Virus record (IMG/VR): IMGVR_UViG_2728369221_000001
Coordinates: 1 to 45,294 of that record
Source: a virus
DNA length: 45,294 bases
Reading direction: 5' to 3' (one strand)
A program made the position numbers and the translations under genes. Positions 17,736 to 27,271 of this stretch are shown here, piece after piece (the stretch's first letter is position 1; each line of letters opens with the position of its first letter). The notes below the pieces were generated by a model. The model was given only the letters and a program-made list of their open reading frames with translations, had not been told where the DNA came from and searched no databases.

Positions 17736-19571
17736 ATGGTAGGAATCTCACTCCGGATCGACGGCTCGGATGGCACCACGAAGACGACTGTCTCGGCGCA
17801 GACCGCCAACAAGAAAGAAGAGCTGAAAGGCGAGATGGCGCGCGCCGAAGTGGAGCTCCTCCGGAGCGCGTGGGCCGACGTCGAGGACGTCCTCGACCGG
17901 CGGAACGACCGGCTCATCATCGAGAAGCCGGACGGGTCAACGTTCTTCGCCGGGCGGTTCGACGAAGATCGACGCGGGAACGGCAGCGTGACGGTCTCGG
18001 TCGAGTCCTACGAGCTCGACGCCAAGCAAGCCGAGCCGACGGGGGCGAACGTCGTCTACCAGAACGTCAACGACAGCACGATCGTGCAGGACCTCATCGA
18101 TCTCGTGCCGACGCTCTCGGCGGGCACGATCGACACGCTTGCGAGCAACCTCTCGATGTCGTTCAGCTACGCCGAGCCCAGTAAGGGCATCCGCAGCGTG
18201 GCCGAAGCGACCGGCGCCGAGCTGCGGTACAACTACGACCGGACGATCGACTACGTCGACCGCCGCGGGACCGACAAACCCGGCGTCGTGCTTTCGCCGA
18301 GCGAGCAGACGGTGGTCGACAACCCGCGTATCACTGAGGACGCCCGCGAAGATGTCACGCACATCCGCGGGTTCGGCGCCCAGAGCGGGCCGGACCAGAT
18401 CACTGCGACGGCAACCGCTGACTCCTACAATGGCGGGCGCCCGAACTGGAAGGAATACGAGAACAAAGAGATCAAAGCCGTCTCGCGGCTGCAGCGGATC
18501 ATCGACCAGCGCATCAACGAGTACGACGGCGAGCCACGCCATCTCGACATCGACACCTCGGCCGTCGGCGTCGACGTTGCGCTTGGCGACCGCGTGACCG
18601 TCCAGATTCCTGAAGAGAACATCGACCGCATGCTACGAGTCATCAGCCGCCGATCAGTGCTCGGAACCGCCGGCGCGGTCCTCAAGCTTGTCACATCGAA
18701 CCGCCTGCTGACCAGAGACGATCAAAACCAGAAGGCGCGAAAGGACCTGCAGCGGTTCAACCGTGGGTATCAGGGCTACGTCGACCGGAACACGGCGCCG
18801 TACGGCCCCGAAGTCGCCGGCGACGGCAACCCACGGGAGATCATCGTCCCTGACTGGCCGGACGACATCGTCGACGAGCAGTTCGTGAATCTCGTCGTCC
18901 AAGGGTCGGCGTGGCGATCTCCGGTGACGCCACTGTCGCATGATCACTCGGTCAGCATCGCCGATCACAGCCACTCGGTCAGCATCTCGGGCCACCAGCA
19001 CGAAGTGGACATCCCGGGCCATCAGCACGACTACGAACAGGCCGTGCTCGACCACCGACACACGCACAACGACTACGAGTTCCAAACCGGACAGACGGAC
19101 GGGCACGACCATTCATATCAAAACGGCTTCGGCTATGTCACCCTACAGGACGGGACCTTCACACGGGCGAGTGGAGGCGTCCTCGGCGGATCGTGGTCTA
19201 CGACTTCAACCACGACTGAGAGCGGCGGCTCAACAACCGAGACGACCAAAAGCGGCGGGGCAACCACGACAACGACAAGCGACGGCGGCGGGACAACGAC
19301 AACGACCGACTCATCTGTCCCGCTCTCGCCAGAGATCACCACGACGTTCCAAGGTAATTCCTACTACCCGACCGACGTGACGATCTCGGTCAACGGAACC
19401 GACATCACAACTGTTTCCGGAGACAGTTCTAGCAGCTGGTCGGAGACGGTCGACCTCACTGGAGAACTGACGCCGGGGCAGAACACGATCACGGCGACGC
19501 CGGCGACGCGGGGGCAGATCAACCTCATCCTGTCGAGCGAACTCTTCCGGCGCGGCCGGAGCTCGGCCTAA
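17736..19571 (+). CDS. Tail hub/tip protein with His-rich and Thr/Gly-rich segments, 611 aa
   Basis: Follows TMP; VTHIRGFG and LGDRVTV hub-like motifs; HxH repeats. Confidence 0.75.
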   Translation: MVGISLRIDGSDGTTKTTVSAQTANKKEELKGEMARAEVELLRSAWADVEDVLDRRNDRLIIEKPDGSTFFAGRFDEDRRGNGSVTVSVESYELDAKQAEPTGANVVYQNVNDSTIVQDLIDLVPTLSAGTIDTLASNLSMSFSYAEPSKGIRSVAEATGAELRYNYDRTIDYVDRRGTDKPGVVLSPSEQTVVDNPRITEDAREDVTHIRGFGAQSGPDQITATATADSYNGGRPNWKEYENKEIKAVSRLQRIIDQRINEYDGEPRHLDIDTSAVGVDVALGDRVTVQIPEENIDRMLRVISRRSVLGTAGAVLKLVTSNRLLTRDDQNQKARKDLQRFNRGYQGYVDRNTAPYGPEVAGDGNPREIIVPDWPDDIVDEQFVNLVVQGSAWRSPVTPLSHDHSVSIADHSHSVSISGHQHEVDIPGHQHDYEQAVLDHRHTHNDYEFQTGQTDGHDHSYQNGFGYVTLQDGTFTRASGGVLGGSWSTTSTTTESGGSTTETTKSGGATTTTTSDGGGTTTTTDSSVPLSPEITTTFQGNSYYPTDVTISVNGTDITTVSGDSSSSWSETVDLTGELTPGQNTITATPATRGQINLILSSELFRRGRSSA

Positions 19572-19601
19572 CGCAGTCGGCTTTTAGCAGCAGAAGCAAC
19601 C

Positions 19602-20057
19602 ATGCCACAGCAACTACACACCACCGGCGAGGAGTTCGAGCGGAAGCGTATCGAAGACTACAACGCCCAGAGTCGAGGGCTGCCAGCGTCGGCAGATGTC
19701 GGGCTCTACAACGACTCGACGGATCAGCTGGCGGACGCCGACGACGTCGGCGCGATCACCACCGAGCCTGCCGGTGCAGCGTACTCCCGGGTCTCGGTTG
19801 ACTTCGCGTCGATGGCTCCCGAAGAGACGAGCGATCCAAACTGGCAGCTGACTCTTCCCGACGTCGCGTTCGATGTCAGCGATAGCGACCAGACCGTGGA
19901 CTCGTACTTCCTCGTCGTGACGTTCACGAGCGAGACAGCGGGTGACAGTGGCGACAACCCGCATCTGTACTACACAGGTGCGCTGAAACGCGAGGAGAAT
20001 CTCTCGGACATCGCCGGCGAGTACGTGATGCGGGATGGCGGCTTGGAGGAGGACTAA
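19602..20057 (+). CDS. Minor tail protein, 151 aa
   Basis: VGLYNDSTD, EP.G..YSRV motifs; tail-module position. Confidence 0.65.
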   Translation: MPQQLHTTGEEFERKRIEDYNAQSRGLPASADVGLYNDSTDQLADADDVGAITTEPAGAAYSRVSVDFASMAPEETSDPNWQLTLPDVAFDVSDSDQTVDSYFLVVTFTSETAGDSGDNPHLYYTGALKREENLSDIAGEYVMRDGGLEED

Positions 20058-20060
20058 CTC

Positions 20061-20612
20061 ATGCCCACGACACAGATTAGCGACGCGATCGTCTTTCCAG
20101 AGGACAAAGGAACCGGCCTGCCGAGCACGTCCGACGCGGACTACTCCAGCGCGGGGCACTTCGGCGGGCTGGCGGCACAGAGCAACAGCACCGACTACGT
20201 CGAGGCCGGCATGGGGTTCACGCCGGACTTCGGAACGCCAGCGCTGGACATCGGCGCCGGGCTGGCGTACATCCGTCACGAAGCAACGGTGAATGTCCAA
20301 GACGATGTCGGCGACTACATCAACGACTGGAAGCAGGGGATCTCGCTCGCGGTGCAGGTACCGTCGGTGAGTGGGCTGGCACTGACTGATGGCGCGACGA
20401 ACCACGTATTCGTAGCGCTGGATCTCTCGTCGAACAACGGCGCGGAGTACGTGATCAACACGACCGGTGATGCGCCTTCGGCGCCGTCACTGAAGATCGG
20501 GACGGTGGACACGGCGAACGACACGGTCGAGGAGCTGAACCGTGACCCGGATCTCAGCTTTGAGGTGGCGAGTGGCGAGGAGCTCGTGCTTGAGGACACT
20601 GCTAGCCAGTGA
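20061..20612 (+). CDS. Tail fibre-base/minor tail protein, 183 aa
   Basis: Beta-rich, VFPED start, LKIGTVDT motif; position. Confidence 0.6.
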   Translation: MPTTQISDAIVFPEDKGTGLPSTSDADYSSAGHFGGLAAQSNSTDYVEAGMGFTPDFGTPALDIGAGLAYIRHEATVNVQDDVGDYINDWKQGISLAVQVPSVSGLALTDGATNHVFVALDLSSNNGAEYVINTTGDAPSAPSLKIGTVDTANDTVEELNRDPDLSFEVASGEELVLEDTASQ

Positions 20613-20667
20613 TGCCAGATGCCCCGAAGCTTATATCGGTTGGCTAGAGTTTTCATGATACCACACT

Positions 20668-20970
20668 ATGCCGGATTTCACGCGACGGCGGGCACTCGAA
20701 GTGCTCGGCACAGGGGCGACGACAGTGCTCGCTGGCTGTTCGGGCGACCCAACGAATACTGAAGACAAGCCGAACGAGACAGCACCGCCAGAGCCTGAAG
20801 AGCAGTCTGTTGGGGATCTGGAGGATGTCCTCGTCATCGAGGCCGCGCAACAGCACACGTTGCGAGCCGACAGCGGTGAGGTGTACGATGCGGTGGAGAT
20901 CCACGCCGACGGGGCATTGGCGTTCGAAGACGGTGCGGCACTACAACTGAGAGGAACCAACGACTCATGA
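20668..20970 (+). CDS. Tat-exported lipoprotein, 100 aa
   Basis: TRRRALEVLGTGATTVLAGC: twin-arginine signal followed by lipobox LAGC. Confidence 0.85.
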   Translation: MPDFTRRRALEVLGTGATTVLAGCSGDPTNTEDKPNETAPPEPEEQSVGDLEDVLVIEAAQQHTLRADSGEVYDAVEIHADGALAFEDGAALQLRGTNDS

Positions 20971-22298
20971 CGGACATCAAGATCGTAAACGAGAACGGGA
21001 AGATCGTGGGAAAGGACGTCGAGACTGGCGAGACGGTGCCAATTGAACTCGGCGAGACAGTTTTGGACTCGGTCAGTACAGACGAAATAACGAGCAGAAT
21101 CCAGATCGACGCGGGCGACGATGCGCAGTCGATGATCGAATCGGCCACGGGGCCAGCATGGATTCAGGTAGAGCCGGGTGCGACGTTCGATATCACGCCG
21201 CCGTTCGAGCCGCCGGCGTCAACTTTCATCGACGCTGGAACGTCGTCACATCATGCGCCGGTAACGACGTTCCAAAAAGTCGGTGACGGCGACATGATGA
21301 GTGTCCCCAGCGGACTCTGGCTCCGCGGCATCGAGTTCGACGGGCAGCGGTCGAGTTACACAGGCAATGGCCTCGTCGACCGGAATTTCGACGGCCAGAA
21401 CATCAGGATGGTCGGCTGCACGATTCGGAACATGGCGGGTCACTGCCGTGTGCATGACGCGGCAGCTTACTGCTACTACGAGAACGACCGGTTTCTGGAT
21501 TCGGACGGCTACGCGATCCGCAATATCACAACCGACCACGACGGGTTCCGCCGCAGCACCCTCATCAACTGCCGGTCGTCATTCACCGGCGGTTTCCTGA
21601 AAAGCGAAACCTCGGATCGGTTCAACGAGTACCGAAACATCCGCGTGACGAGTCAGAACGGGCCAGGAATCCACATCGACAACAGTGCTGAAGGTGTGCT
21701 CAAGCACCACCTCTTTACCGGCCACATCAACGATACCGACGGCCCTCACGTCTACGTCGAAAGCGGGGGCCTTGTCGAAACGGACTTTGGAGTGTCGATG
21801 GCGAATGGCGGACGGAGTGTCTCTGTCCCGACGACCGCACCAGTCGGCGGCATCGTCCACGTAGAAGGGTCCAGCCAAGAATGCCGGATGACTTTCTCAG
21901 CTGGCCGCTTGGGTGTGACGGGATCAGACGCCGGCGCGGGAATCTCGAACCAAAGCGGCAACAATCTGCGCGTGCTCGCCACCGGAGCTGACGCCACAGG
22001 CAGCGAAACGATCGAGGGGCAGGTCATCCTGACCGCGATCGACGTTGAGAGGTTTGCAATGGCGCGCCCCTCGAATTTTAATGGCTCGGCAGGGTACGCT
22101 CTCGACGGCAATTTCCCCGGAGAAGGACGCCTCGTCAACTTGGACGACGGCCAGAGCTATTACTTCGGCTGGTGGGGCAACCCGCCAGAGGCCAGCCCGG
22201 CACAGGGGAGCTTCTACGTGGACTCGGGGAGCAACACGGGCGATGGGGAAGCGGGGATCGGGATCTACGACGGGTCGGCCTGGACGTACACGAATTGA
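20967..22298 (+). CDS. Right-handed beta-helix (pectin-lyase-like) adhesin or glycan-modifying protein, 443 aa
   Basis: LRGIEFDG, IRMVGCTIRN, TLINCRS repeats; C-terminal FYVDSG.NTGDG..GIGIYDGSAW; ATGA overlap with the lipoprotein gene. Confidence 0.7.
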   Translation: MTDIKIVNENGKIVGKDVETGETVPIELGETVLDSVSTDEITSRIQIDAGDDAQSMIESATGPAWIQVEPGATFDITPPFEPPASTFIDAGTSSHHAPVTTFQKVGDGDMMSVPSGLWLRGIEFDGQRSSYTGNGLVDRNFDGQNIRMVGCTIRNMAGHCRVHDAAAYCYYENDRFLDSDGYAIRNITTDHDGFRRSTLINCRSSFTGGFLKSETSDRFNEYRNIRVTSQNGPGIHIDNSAEGVLKHHLFTGHINDTDGPHVYVESGGLVETDFGVSMANGGRSVSVPTTAPVGGIVHVEGSSQECRMTFSAGRLGVTGSDAGAGISNQSGNNLRVLATGADATGSETIEGQVILTAIDVERFAMARPSNFNGSAGYALDGNFPGEGRLVNLDDGQSYYFGWWGNPPEASPAQGSFYVDSGSNTGDGEAGIGIYDGSAWTYTN

Positions 22299-22375
22299 TC
22301 ACTGCTGACGCGCGTTGCTCATTACGGTACTTGACAATCTGGGCAGTCTGACACGTTTTCAGTACACGATACATC

Positions 22376-23443
22376 ATGTCCCAACTCGGCACTTCACAAC
22401 TCGGCGAAGAGCGCCTCGGCGCCCGACCACCACGAGATCAAGACGGCCGACTCGGCCGGTTCAACTTGGGCCGTGTCCAGCTGGGCGAGACGACGCCGAT
22501 CGCTGTCCGTGAGGCGCTCGCAAGTTCGGCGACAGCTACGTCCAAGCAGTCGGCGATCGCGTCGCTCACGGCAGGCGCCGAGTCAACGACTGCGACAGGG
22601 ACGCCGCAGCAGTCCTCGATCGCGTCGATCGTCCGGTCGGCGATCACAACGTCGGCCGCAGCGACGCCGGCGGAAGCGTTCCGATACTTCCGCGACTGGG
22701 AGATCGACGGCATGACCGTCGAGACCGTCACGAAGGACGGCACGAAACGCGCGGAGCTCACAGCGAAGCGGCTCTCGCTCTCGTTCGAAGTCACGCGTGA
22801 CAACCTCGACTACTGGCGGCAATACGACCGGACTGGCGATCTATCGATCACGACGGGCTACGGCGGCTCGTTCGATGTCGTCGATCGCGCTGGCCGGGCT
22901 GGCGCCGTCGAAGCGGTACCGCCGACAGATTACCAACCACCGTTCGACCGGGCAGACTACTACGTCAACAGCTACGAGGAGAGCCAGCTTGCCGCCGATC
23001 GCTTCGAAATCTCGCTCACGCTCCAGCGGACAGAGAACCGAGAGACCAGCTTCCAGATGGCTGACGAGGCGGGTGAGGACTGGCTGCTTGAGTTCGGCGT
23101 CGCAACGGTCGCGCTCGAAAACGAGCAGGTTCGGCGGTCCTCGGCTGGCGGCAGCCGGACCGGGATGCGCGTGACGCTACCGCTGATGCTGACGGACGAC
23201 CAAGCGGCCGCAGTTGCTGAGTCGGCTGCCTATCCAGACGCCGTCGTCGAGCGGTCGGTTCCTGATGGCGAAGACTTCGTTGAGGACACGAGCGGGGGTA
23301 ATCAGACCGTGACGATCACGCCGCCGGCGTCGGCGGAGATGGATACAGGAGACTACGCAATCCAATCGTGGCGGCTCTCGTTCGGTCGGTTCGGCGAGGC
23401 GCGTTGGAGTGTCGAGTTAGAGTTGCGGGAGATGAAGAGTTGA
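22376..23443 (+). CDS. Putative distal tail/baseplate protein, 355 aa
   Basis: N-terminal xLG repeats, Ala/Ser/Thr linker, beta-rich body; last gene of the late strand. Confidence 0.5.
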   Translation: MSQLGTSQLGEERLGARPPRDQDGRLGRFNLGRVQLGETTPIAVREALASSATATSKQSAIASLTAGAESTTATGTPQQSSIASIVRSAITTSAAATPAEAFRYFRDWEIDGMTVETVTKDGTKRAELTAKRLSLSFEVTRDNLDYWRQYDRTGDLSITTGYGGSFDVVDRAGRAGAVEAVPPTDYQPPFDRADYYVNSYEESQLAADRFEISLTLQRTENRETSFQMADEAGEDWLLEFGVATVALENEQVRRSSAGGSRTGMRVTLPLMLTDDQAAAVAESAAYPDAVVERSVPDGEDFVEDTSGGNQTVTITPPASAEMDTGDYAIQSWRLSFGRFGEARWSVELELREMKS

Positions 23444-23460
23444 ACAGAGCCAGTGCGAGG

Positions 23461-24381
23461 TTACCGCGTCTGGATCTGGTTGAGTTGTCGCTGGGTGTTG
23501 TCCGGCGTCGAGGCGATGTAGCGGCGGGCGGTGCTGATCTGCGACCAGCCGAACATCGCTTGGAGCGCCGGCGCGGCGAGGCCCTTCCCGGCCAGATGCG
23601 TCGCAGCAGTCGCTCTGAGGCCGTGCGGGTTCGTCGTCTCCTCACTCAACCCGTCGGCTTCCCGCAGCGCTTCGTCGACGCGACGGTTGACGGCTTGGCG
23701 CGATCTCGTCCACTCGTCGAACCGGTCGAAATACTGTTCGAGCACGAGCTCGGCACGCGAATCGAAGTCGAACGGCACCGACCGGGCGGCGTTCTCTGTT
23801 TTCGCGGTCCACATCTGCTCTTCCGCTTCGTCCTGCGTCACCTCGTTTTCCTGTTGGTAGCGGCGAGCGACATCGTCGAGCGCCTCGCGGACTTCGTCGA
23901 CGTCGTCGACGGCGCCCGCGTTCGCCAGTAACTCCTCAACCTGCCGGTCGAGAGCATCCTTTCGGAGGTCGCCGTCGATGTGGATCACGTGGATGGTCTG
24001 AAGTTGGCGCTGGAGTTCGCCGGGCAACGAGGGCATCTCCGAGAGTTGTTCTTGCAGGGCTTCGAGGCGCGCCTCGGCCAGCGACAGCTGTGAATACTCA
24101 GCGCGCTGGGCGGCTTGCTGGCGGCAGTAGCCACAGATCCCGCCGTCCTTGCCCTTCTCACACGGGAGATGGAACGGGATGTCGATCATTCGTTTGCGCC
24201 AGTTCACCCAGTCGCCTTTCATGTGGCAGATTTCGCCCGGGCGAAGTCCGAGGCGGCCGCCGACGAACGCGACGAACCGTGCCTCGAGGCTGCGCAGGTC
24301 GCAGTCGATCGCTCTGGCGCCTTGGAGGAAGCGCTCGAACTCGTAGTCGTCGAGCGCGTTCTCTTTGCTGTGCGTCGTCAC
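23461..24381 (-). CDS. int: Tyrosine recombinase 1 (catalytic domain with Cys cluster and helical insertion), 306 aa
   Basis: LGLRPGE (R), AKT (K), HGLRATAATH (HxxR), FGW...ARRY (W, Y). Confidence 0.92.
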   Translation of the reverse strand: MTTHSKENALDDYEFERFLQGARAIDCDLRSLEARFVAFVGGRLGLRPGEICHMKGDWVNWRKRMIDIPFHLPCEKGKDGGICGYCRQQAAQRAEYSQLSLAEARLEALQEQLSEMPSLPGELQRQLQTIHVIHIDGDLRKDALDRQVEELLANAGAVDDVDEVREALDDVARRYQQENEVTQDEAEEQMWTAKTENAARSVPFDFDSRAELVLEQYFDRFDEWTRSRQAVNRRVDEALREADGLSEETTNPHGLRATAATHLAGKGLAAPALQAMFGWSQISTARRYIASTPDNTQRQLNQIQTR

Positions 24382-24515
24382 GCGTGATCACCGGCTCGGC
24401 GAGGGCCGATGCAGAGCTGCACAGGCTCGACGTCCAGATCGTCGACGCGCTCGCTACGGCGCTGGTTGATGGTCGCCGGCGCCGGCGTGGGCGCATCGGC
24501 TGACTGGCTGCTCAC
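24378..24515 (-). CDS. Unannotated 45-aa protein coupled to recombinase 1
   Basis: GTG 24515 overlaps the upstream stop; TGA 24378 overlaps the int GTG; MSSQSADAPTPAPATINQRRSERVDDLDVEPVQLCIGPRRAGDHA. Confidence 0.55.
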   Translation of the reverse strand: MSSQSADAPTPAPATINQRRSERVDDLDVEPVQLCIGPRRAGDHA

Positions 24516-24883
24516 TGTTCTCCCTCCGTTGGCTCGTAGCAGTCGGTGGTGAGCTTCCGGACGTGCTCGGCCAGCGAACTGGTCGAGTCGCTCGGGGCGA
24601 CCTGCTTCGACCGGTCGTTGTAGTTCACGGCGCCGAGCTCGTCCAGCTTGTCGAGATGGTTCTGCGTGAGCGCGATATAGACGCGCGTCCGCTGCTCGCC
24701 GGTGACGTGGCTGGGGTCGATCCCCTGCTCGATCGCCGCGATCTCGACGGCGAGGTCACCGGCAGCAACCGGGCCCTCTGCGCGGTCGAGCGAGAGCAGC
24801 GTCTGGCGACGCCGCGAGTTCGCAACGGCCTCGAAGGCGTCGTCGGGCTCCATCGGGATGCAGCCCGCAGCGGCGGCGGTCAT
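24512..24883 (-). CDS. Haloarchaeal wHTH protein (DUF7344-like)
   Basis: ANSRRRQTL...LAVEIAAIE...RVYIALTQNHLDKLDELGAVNY pattern. Confidence 0.8.
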   Translation of the reverse strand: MTAAAAGCIPMEPDDAFEAVANSRRRQTLLSLDRAEGPVAAGDLAVEIAAIEQGIDPSHVTGEQRTRVYIALTQNHLDKLDELGAVNYNDRSKQVAPSDSTSSLAEHVRKLTTDCYEPTEGEQ

Positions 24884-25182
24884 CGTCCACCTCGTGCCAG
24901 CTGCTGGCCCGCTGCTGTGAGGAGGACGATACAGTCGACATCGTCGCCGACGATCTCGACGTAGCCGCCGGCGGCCAGTCGGTTGAGCCGTTCGTCGATC
25001 TCTCGCAGCTGGAGGTCGCTCTCGATCGAGAGGTCCCGGCGGGTGGTGGCGCCGTTTCGGTCGGCGGCGAACTGTGCGATCTTCTGCAGTCGTGGGTCAC
25101 GGTCCGGGGTGAGCGGGCTGTCCTCGTACGCCTGAAGGACAGAGTTATCACTCTCCGGACGGTTAGTCTCGCTTGCTGTCAT
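24880..25182 (-). CDS. wHTH protein, 100 aa
   Basis: IDERLNRLAAGGYVEI...LLTAAG wing motif; ATG 25182. Confidence 0.7.
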   Translation of the reverse strand: MTASETNRPESDNSVLQAYEDSPLTPDRDPRLQKIAQFAADRNGATTRRDLSIESDLQLREIDERLNRLAAGGYVEIVGDDVDCIVLLTAAGQQLARGGR

Positions 25183-25261
25183 TGCGGCAGCACGGCCGGT
25201 TCCCGGTGTCACAGCACCGGGGCCATTTCAGGCGACCGTGTCAATTCTGGATAGTTGCCAC

Positions 25262-25286
25262 GTTATAAAGTATATTTGTATATTTA
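25262..25286 (-). promoter_or_regulatory. Promoter of the wHTH-int1 operon with adjacent tandem 8-bp repeat
   Basis: TTTATAAC on the minus strand (25262-25269); GTATATTT twice (25270-25285) over the BRE position. Confidence 0.6.
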
Positions 25287-25357
25287 CTCAGCGCCCGCGA
25301 AACCAGCGGTTTGAACAGGCGTAGAACAGCGGAAACGGCGGGTGGTTAGGGTCGCAC

Positions 25358-26686
25358 TTAGTCGGCGAGTTGTTCGGCGTGCTCGATGTACGAGGGCAGC
25401 CGGTCCCAGAGGTCGTCACGGCGCTGGATGATCGGCTGGAGCCGGTCGAGCGCCCGGAGGTCCTCGGCGTCGACGTCGCCGTCGACGATCAGGTCCAAGA
25501 GGTCAGCGCCTTCGTCGGCAACGGTCGGCTCGACGAGCCGCGGCGCCTGCCCCAGCTCGGCGATCGTCTCGCCGGGACACCAGAGGCACTCGTCGCGGTG
25601 CCGTGGCGTCCGGCGGCCGCAGTGGTCGCAGACGACCGGAACGATCGGATCGGGATCTTCGTCGTAGTCGATCTGTGCGCCGTCGGCCATCGCTATGTGC
25701 TTCCGGCTTTCCGACCCGAAGACAGCGATGTAGTGGGCGACGACTCTCGACCCGCGGGACCAGCCGAAGTGAAACTCGAGGTCGCGCTGGCTGACGTAGC
25801 GACTCGCAGCGAGGATGCTGGCGCGCGACTTGCGGAAGTGCTCGGGGTTCGCCGGCTTCGTGACCCCTGCGCGCTCGGCAGCCCGCTTGATGTTTCGGCG
25901 GATGTCTTGGTAGCCGACGTGCTCGTCGTCGTACCGTTTCGTCCAGAGGTACGTGTCCGACCGAGGGCCGCGATCGGTCGCGTTCGCCGGGTGAGCTTCT
26001 TCCATCCACAGCCGGACGTACGGCGCGCCGACGTCGACGCGGACGGTGCGGGCGAACGTCTTCGAGTCGGACTCGATTGACACGAGGAGGTGGTCGCCGC
26101 GGTCGTCGATCTGGCCGAACGTGAGCTCCCAGAACTCACTCATCGGCCGGCAGCCCAGCGCCCAGAGCAGCGCGGTCATCGCTTTCTCGCGCTCGTGGTT
26201 GCAGTGCTCGATGATCTCGACGATGTCGTCCCAGAACAGCACTTCCGAGGGTTCGGGTGCGGGCTGATCGTCCTCGACGTTGCCGAGCTCGACGGCGCCG
26301 AAGCGCTCGGGGTAGTCCTCGTCCGGCGCGTCCGGTGCGAGGAAGCGGCCCCAGCTGCGGAGCGCCGAGTAGTAGTTGTCGAGCGTGTAGCCGTTGTCGT
26401 ACTCGCCGTCAACCCAGCGGACGATCGCGTCGATCGCGTCCTCGCCGGCGTCGGGGTCGAGCGTCTCAACGAGCGCGTCGGTGTGCTTGGCGAGCCGGTG
26501 CAGGTGTGAGAGGTAGCTCTCGTGCCGGGTGCCGCTGATCTGGTGTTTTGCGCTGGACGTCCGGTTGTGGGCGTCAAGGGCGTCGTGGTAGTCGAGGAGT
26601 CGTTGCCGTTCGGTGTCGCTGATCTCGTCGTCGCTCCGGATGTGCCGGAGCCGTCTGTCGATGACTTTTTGATAGTCGTCTTGCAT
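25358..26686 (-). CDS. int: Tyrosine recombinase 2 (integrase with N-terminal helical domain and C-terminal Zn ribbon), 442 aa
   Basis: LGCRPMSE, SKT, EHFRKSRAS, FGWSRGS, AHYIA; CDHC...CLWC; likely ATG 26686. Confidence 0.93.
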   Translation of the reverse strand: MQDDYQKVIDRRLRHIRSDDEISDTERQRLLDYHDALDAHNRTSSAKHQISGTRHESYLSHLHRLAKHTDALVETLDPDAGEDAIDAIVRWVDGEYDNGYTLDNYYSALRSWGRFLAPDAPDEDYPERFGAVELGNVEDDQPAPEPSEVLFWDDIVEIIEHCNHEREKAMTALLWALGCRPMSEFWELTFGQIDDRGDHLLVSIESDSKTFARTVRVDVGAPYVRLWMEEAHPANATDRGPRSDTYLWTKRYDDEHVGYQDIRRNIKRAAERAGVTKPANPEHFRKSRASILAASRYVSQRDLEFHFGWSRGSRVVAHYIAVFGSESRKHIAMADGAQIDYDEDPDPIVPVVCDHCGRRTPRHRDECLWCPGETIAELGQAPRLVEPTVADEGADLLDLIVDGDVDAEDLRALDRLQPIIQRRDDLWDRLPSYIEHAEQLAD

Positions 26687-26982
26687 ACTCGTAACTGTTG
26701 GATGCGACCGCGCTACGGTGGGTTGCTGCGTGGCGGCGCGGTCGCGCTGGTTGGTTGGTGGGCGATGCTCGGGCTGCGCTGGCACGCGGCCCAAACTTAC
26801 TTAATGATCTGAAGCCCTTATATAACCTTGCCGTAAGGTAATTCGAGCTTACTGCGAGAATCAGTAGACAGTGACGAGGCGTGTAGTGTGTTTTCTCTGG
26901 TATTGAGTAGCAAGACGTATTTAAAGAGCAATTGGCTGCTCAGGGGAGAAAGCATTTCCCGATCGGCCGTGCCGTATCGATC

Positions 26983-27084
26983 ATGCCCTCGATCGAAGAG
27001 TTGCTCGTTGGAGTCTCGGTCAGCTGCGGCGTCGTCGGACTGGCTTGCATCGCTATCGGTCAGTACATCCTCCTGTTCGCGTAA
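26983..27084 (+). CDS. 33-aa hydrophobic peptide
   Basis: MPSIEELLVGVSVSCGVVGLACIAIGQYILLFA*; TATTTAAA at about 26918-26925 upstream. Confidence 0.45.
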   Translation: MPSIEELLVGVSVSCGVVGLACIAIGQYILLFA

Positions 27085-27271
27085 GTGTGGCCACTTGGTA
27101 ACATAAATAAAATAATCCTGCATCCTATCCCTAAATCGCAGTAGACAGTCGCTACGAGTGACTGAGCGGCGTCTGGAGCGGTGGACTGGGGGTGTTTTCC
27201 CCGGGTTGAGCCGCCGAAAACGTGGGCCAAAACCCCGTCGTTTCCGATGGAACAGCCCCGATAAAGCGTTA

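Noticed and set aside
19602-24381. phiCh1-style invertible tail-fibre cassette driven by int1
   Set aside because: No second inverted fibre gene and no clear flanking inverted repeats found by eye.
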